Shown in pieces: positions 63,622 through 64,000 of a stretch of DNA of 64,000 bases. Position 1 is the stretch's first letter, and each line of letters begins with the position of its first letter. The notes under the pieces were generated by a model. The model was not told where the DNA came from, ran no database searches, and worked only from the letters and a program-made list of their open reading frames with translations. The position numbers and the translations under genes are program-made. The DNA is taken from positions 96,001 through 160,000 of the IMG/VR virus record IMGVR_UViG_3300009709_000001. One strand, written 5' to 3'. Source of the stretch: a virus. Its lineage: Duplodnaviria > Heunggongvirae > Uroviricota > Caudoviricetes.

Positions 63622-63942
63622 AGTGTTCAATATTTATAGACTTTTGCTTTCACCCCTGCGAGCTTTGCGACAGTGGCTGCTTCCTTGCATTTCTTGGCCT
63701 TGCAGTAATATTCGTACTTGTCAAGATCAAGGACAGAAAAAAGATATGTTCTGCAGTTACGGCAATGGATATCAACTGTTCTACTAGTCATCGTTTTCTT
63801 CTAGTTGTTCTAACTTTTCTGCAGCCCACTTGGCACCTGCCACAAAAATACTTTTCAATGTCTCATAATCGACATCATATACTTCCATGGAAACGTATAA
63901 GGCTGCTGCGGTGTCTAACTCTTCTTCGTCCATGATGTCTCC

Positions 63943-64000
63943 TGGTAGGAGCACGGGGAATCGAACCCTCGACCATCTGGGTAAAAGCCAGAGACGCTAC
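63943..64000 (-). tRNA. tRNA-Lys(TTT), 5' end outside window
   Basis: TCTGG-CT-TTT-AC-CCAGA; T-arm; CCA. Confidence 0.85.

Overview
64 kb from a large T4-like myovirus (jumbo-phage style) genome, almost entirely encoded on the minus strand. The host is probably a Gram-negative proteobacterium, given the spanins, an outer-membrane beta-barrel protein, sigma70 early promoters and (G/T)ATAAATA late promoters. The left end carries tail tube, tail sheath and neck genes, dNMP kinase and rIIA/rIIB. The rest is a translation and RNA-maintenance island. It holds 27 tRNA genes (one partial), including an amber suppressor, three 8/4-fold-compatible tRNA-Ser, and a tRNA-Ile(UAU) with a second anticodon-like arm. 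It also holds a two-piece tmRNA, an RNase P RNA, an RF1-like factor, two Pth2-fold proteins, an RNA ligase, NADAR, SLOG, MazG, an HD (p)ppGpp-hydrolase-like protein and about 11 free-standing homing endonucleases, many abutting tRNA genes. A late-promoter-driven oxygenase/methyltransferase/sulfotransferase cluster lies near the right end. Three observations stand out. (1) A DUF2828/vWA (Ro60-like) gene is accompanied by seven dispersed RNA elements sharing one covarying 'handle' (7-bp stem, 3 nt, CNGCA) but carrying different payloads; one is a YrlA-type permuted tRNA mimic and one sits on the gene's own ribosome-binding site. (2) There are two apparent stop-codon read-through sensors: an in-frame UGA at a Trp-equivalent position of the release-factor gene, and a Met-Met-amber leader whose read-through would open an anti-SD hairpin in front of a Pth2-like operon. 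(3) A stand-alone mimic of the 23S rRNA L11-binding (GTPase-associated) domain is present. All assignments come from reading motifs by eye; no searches were run.
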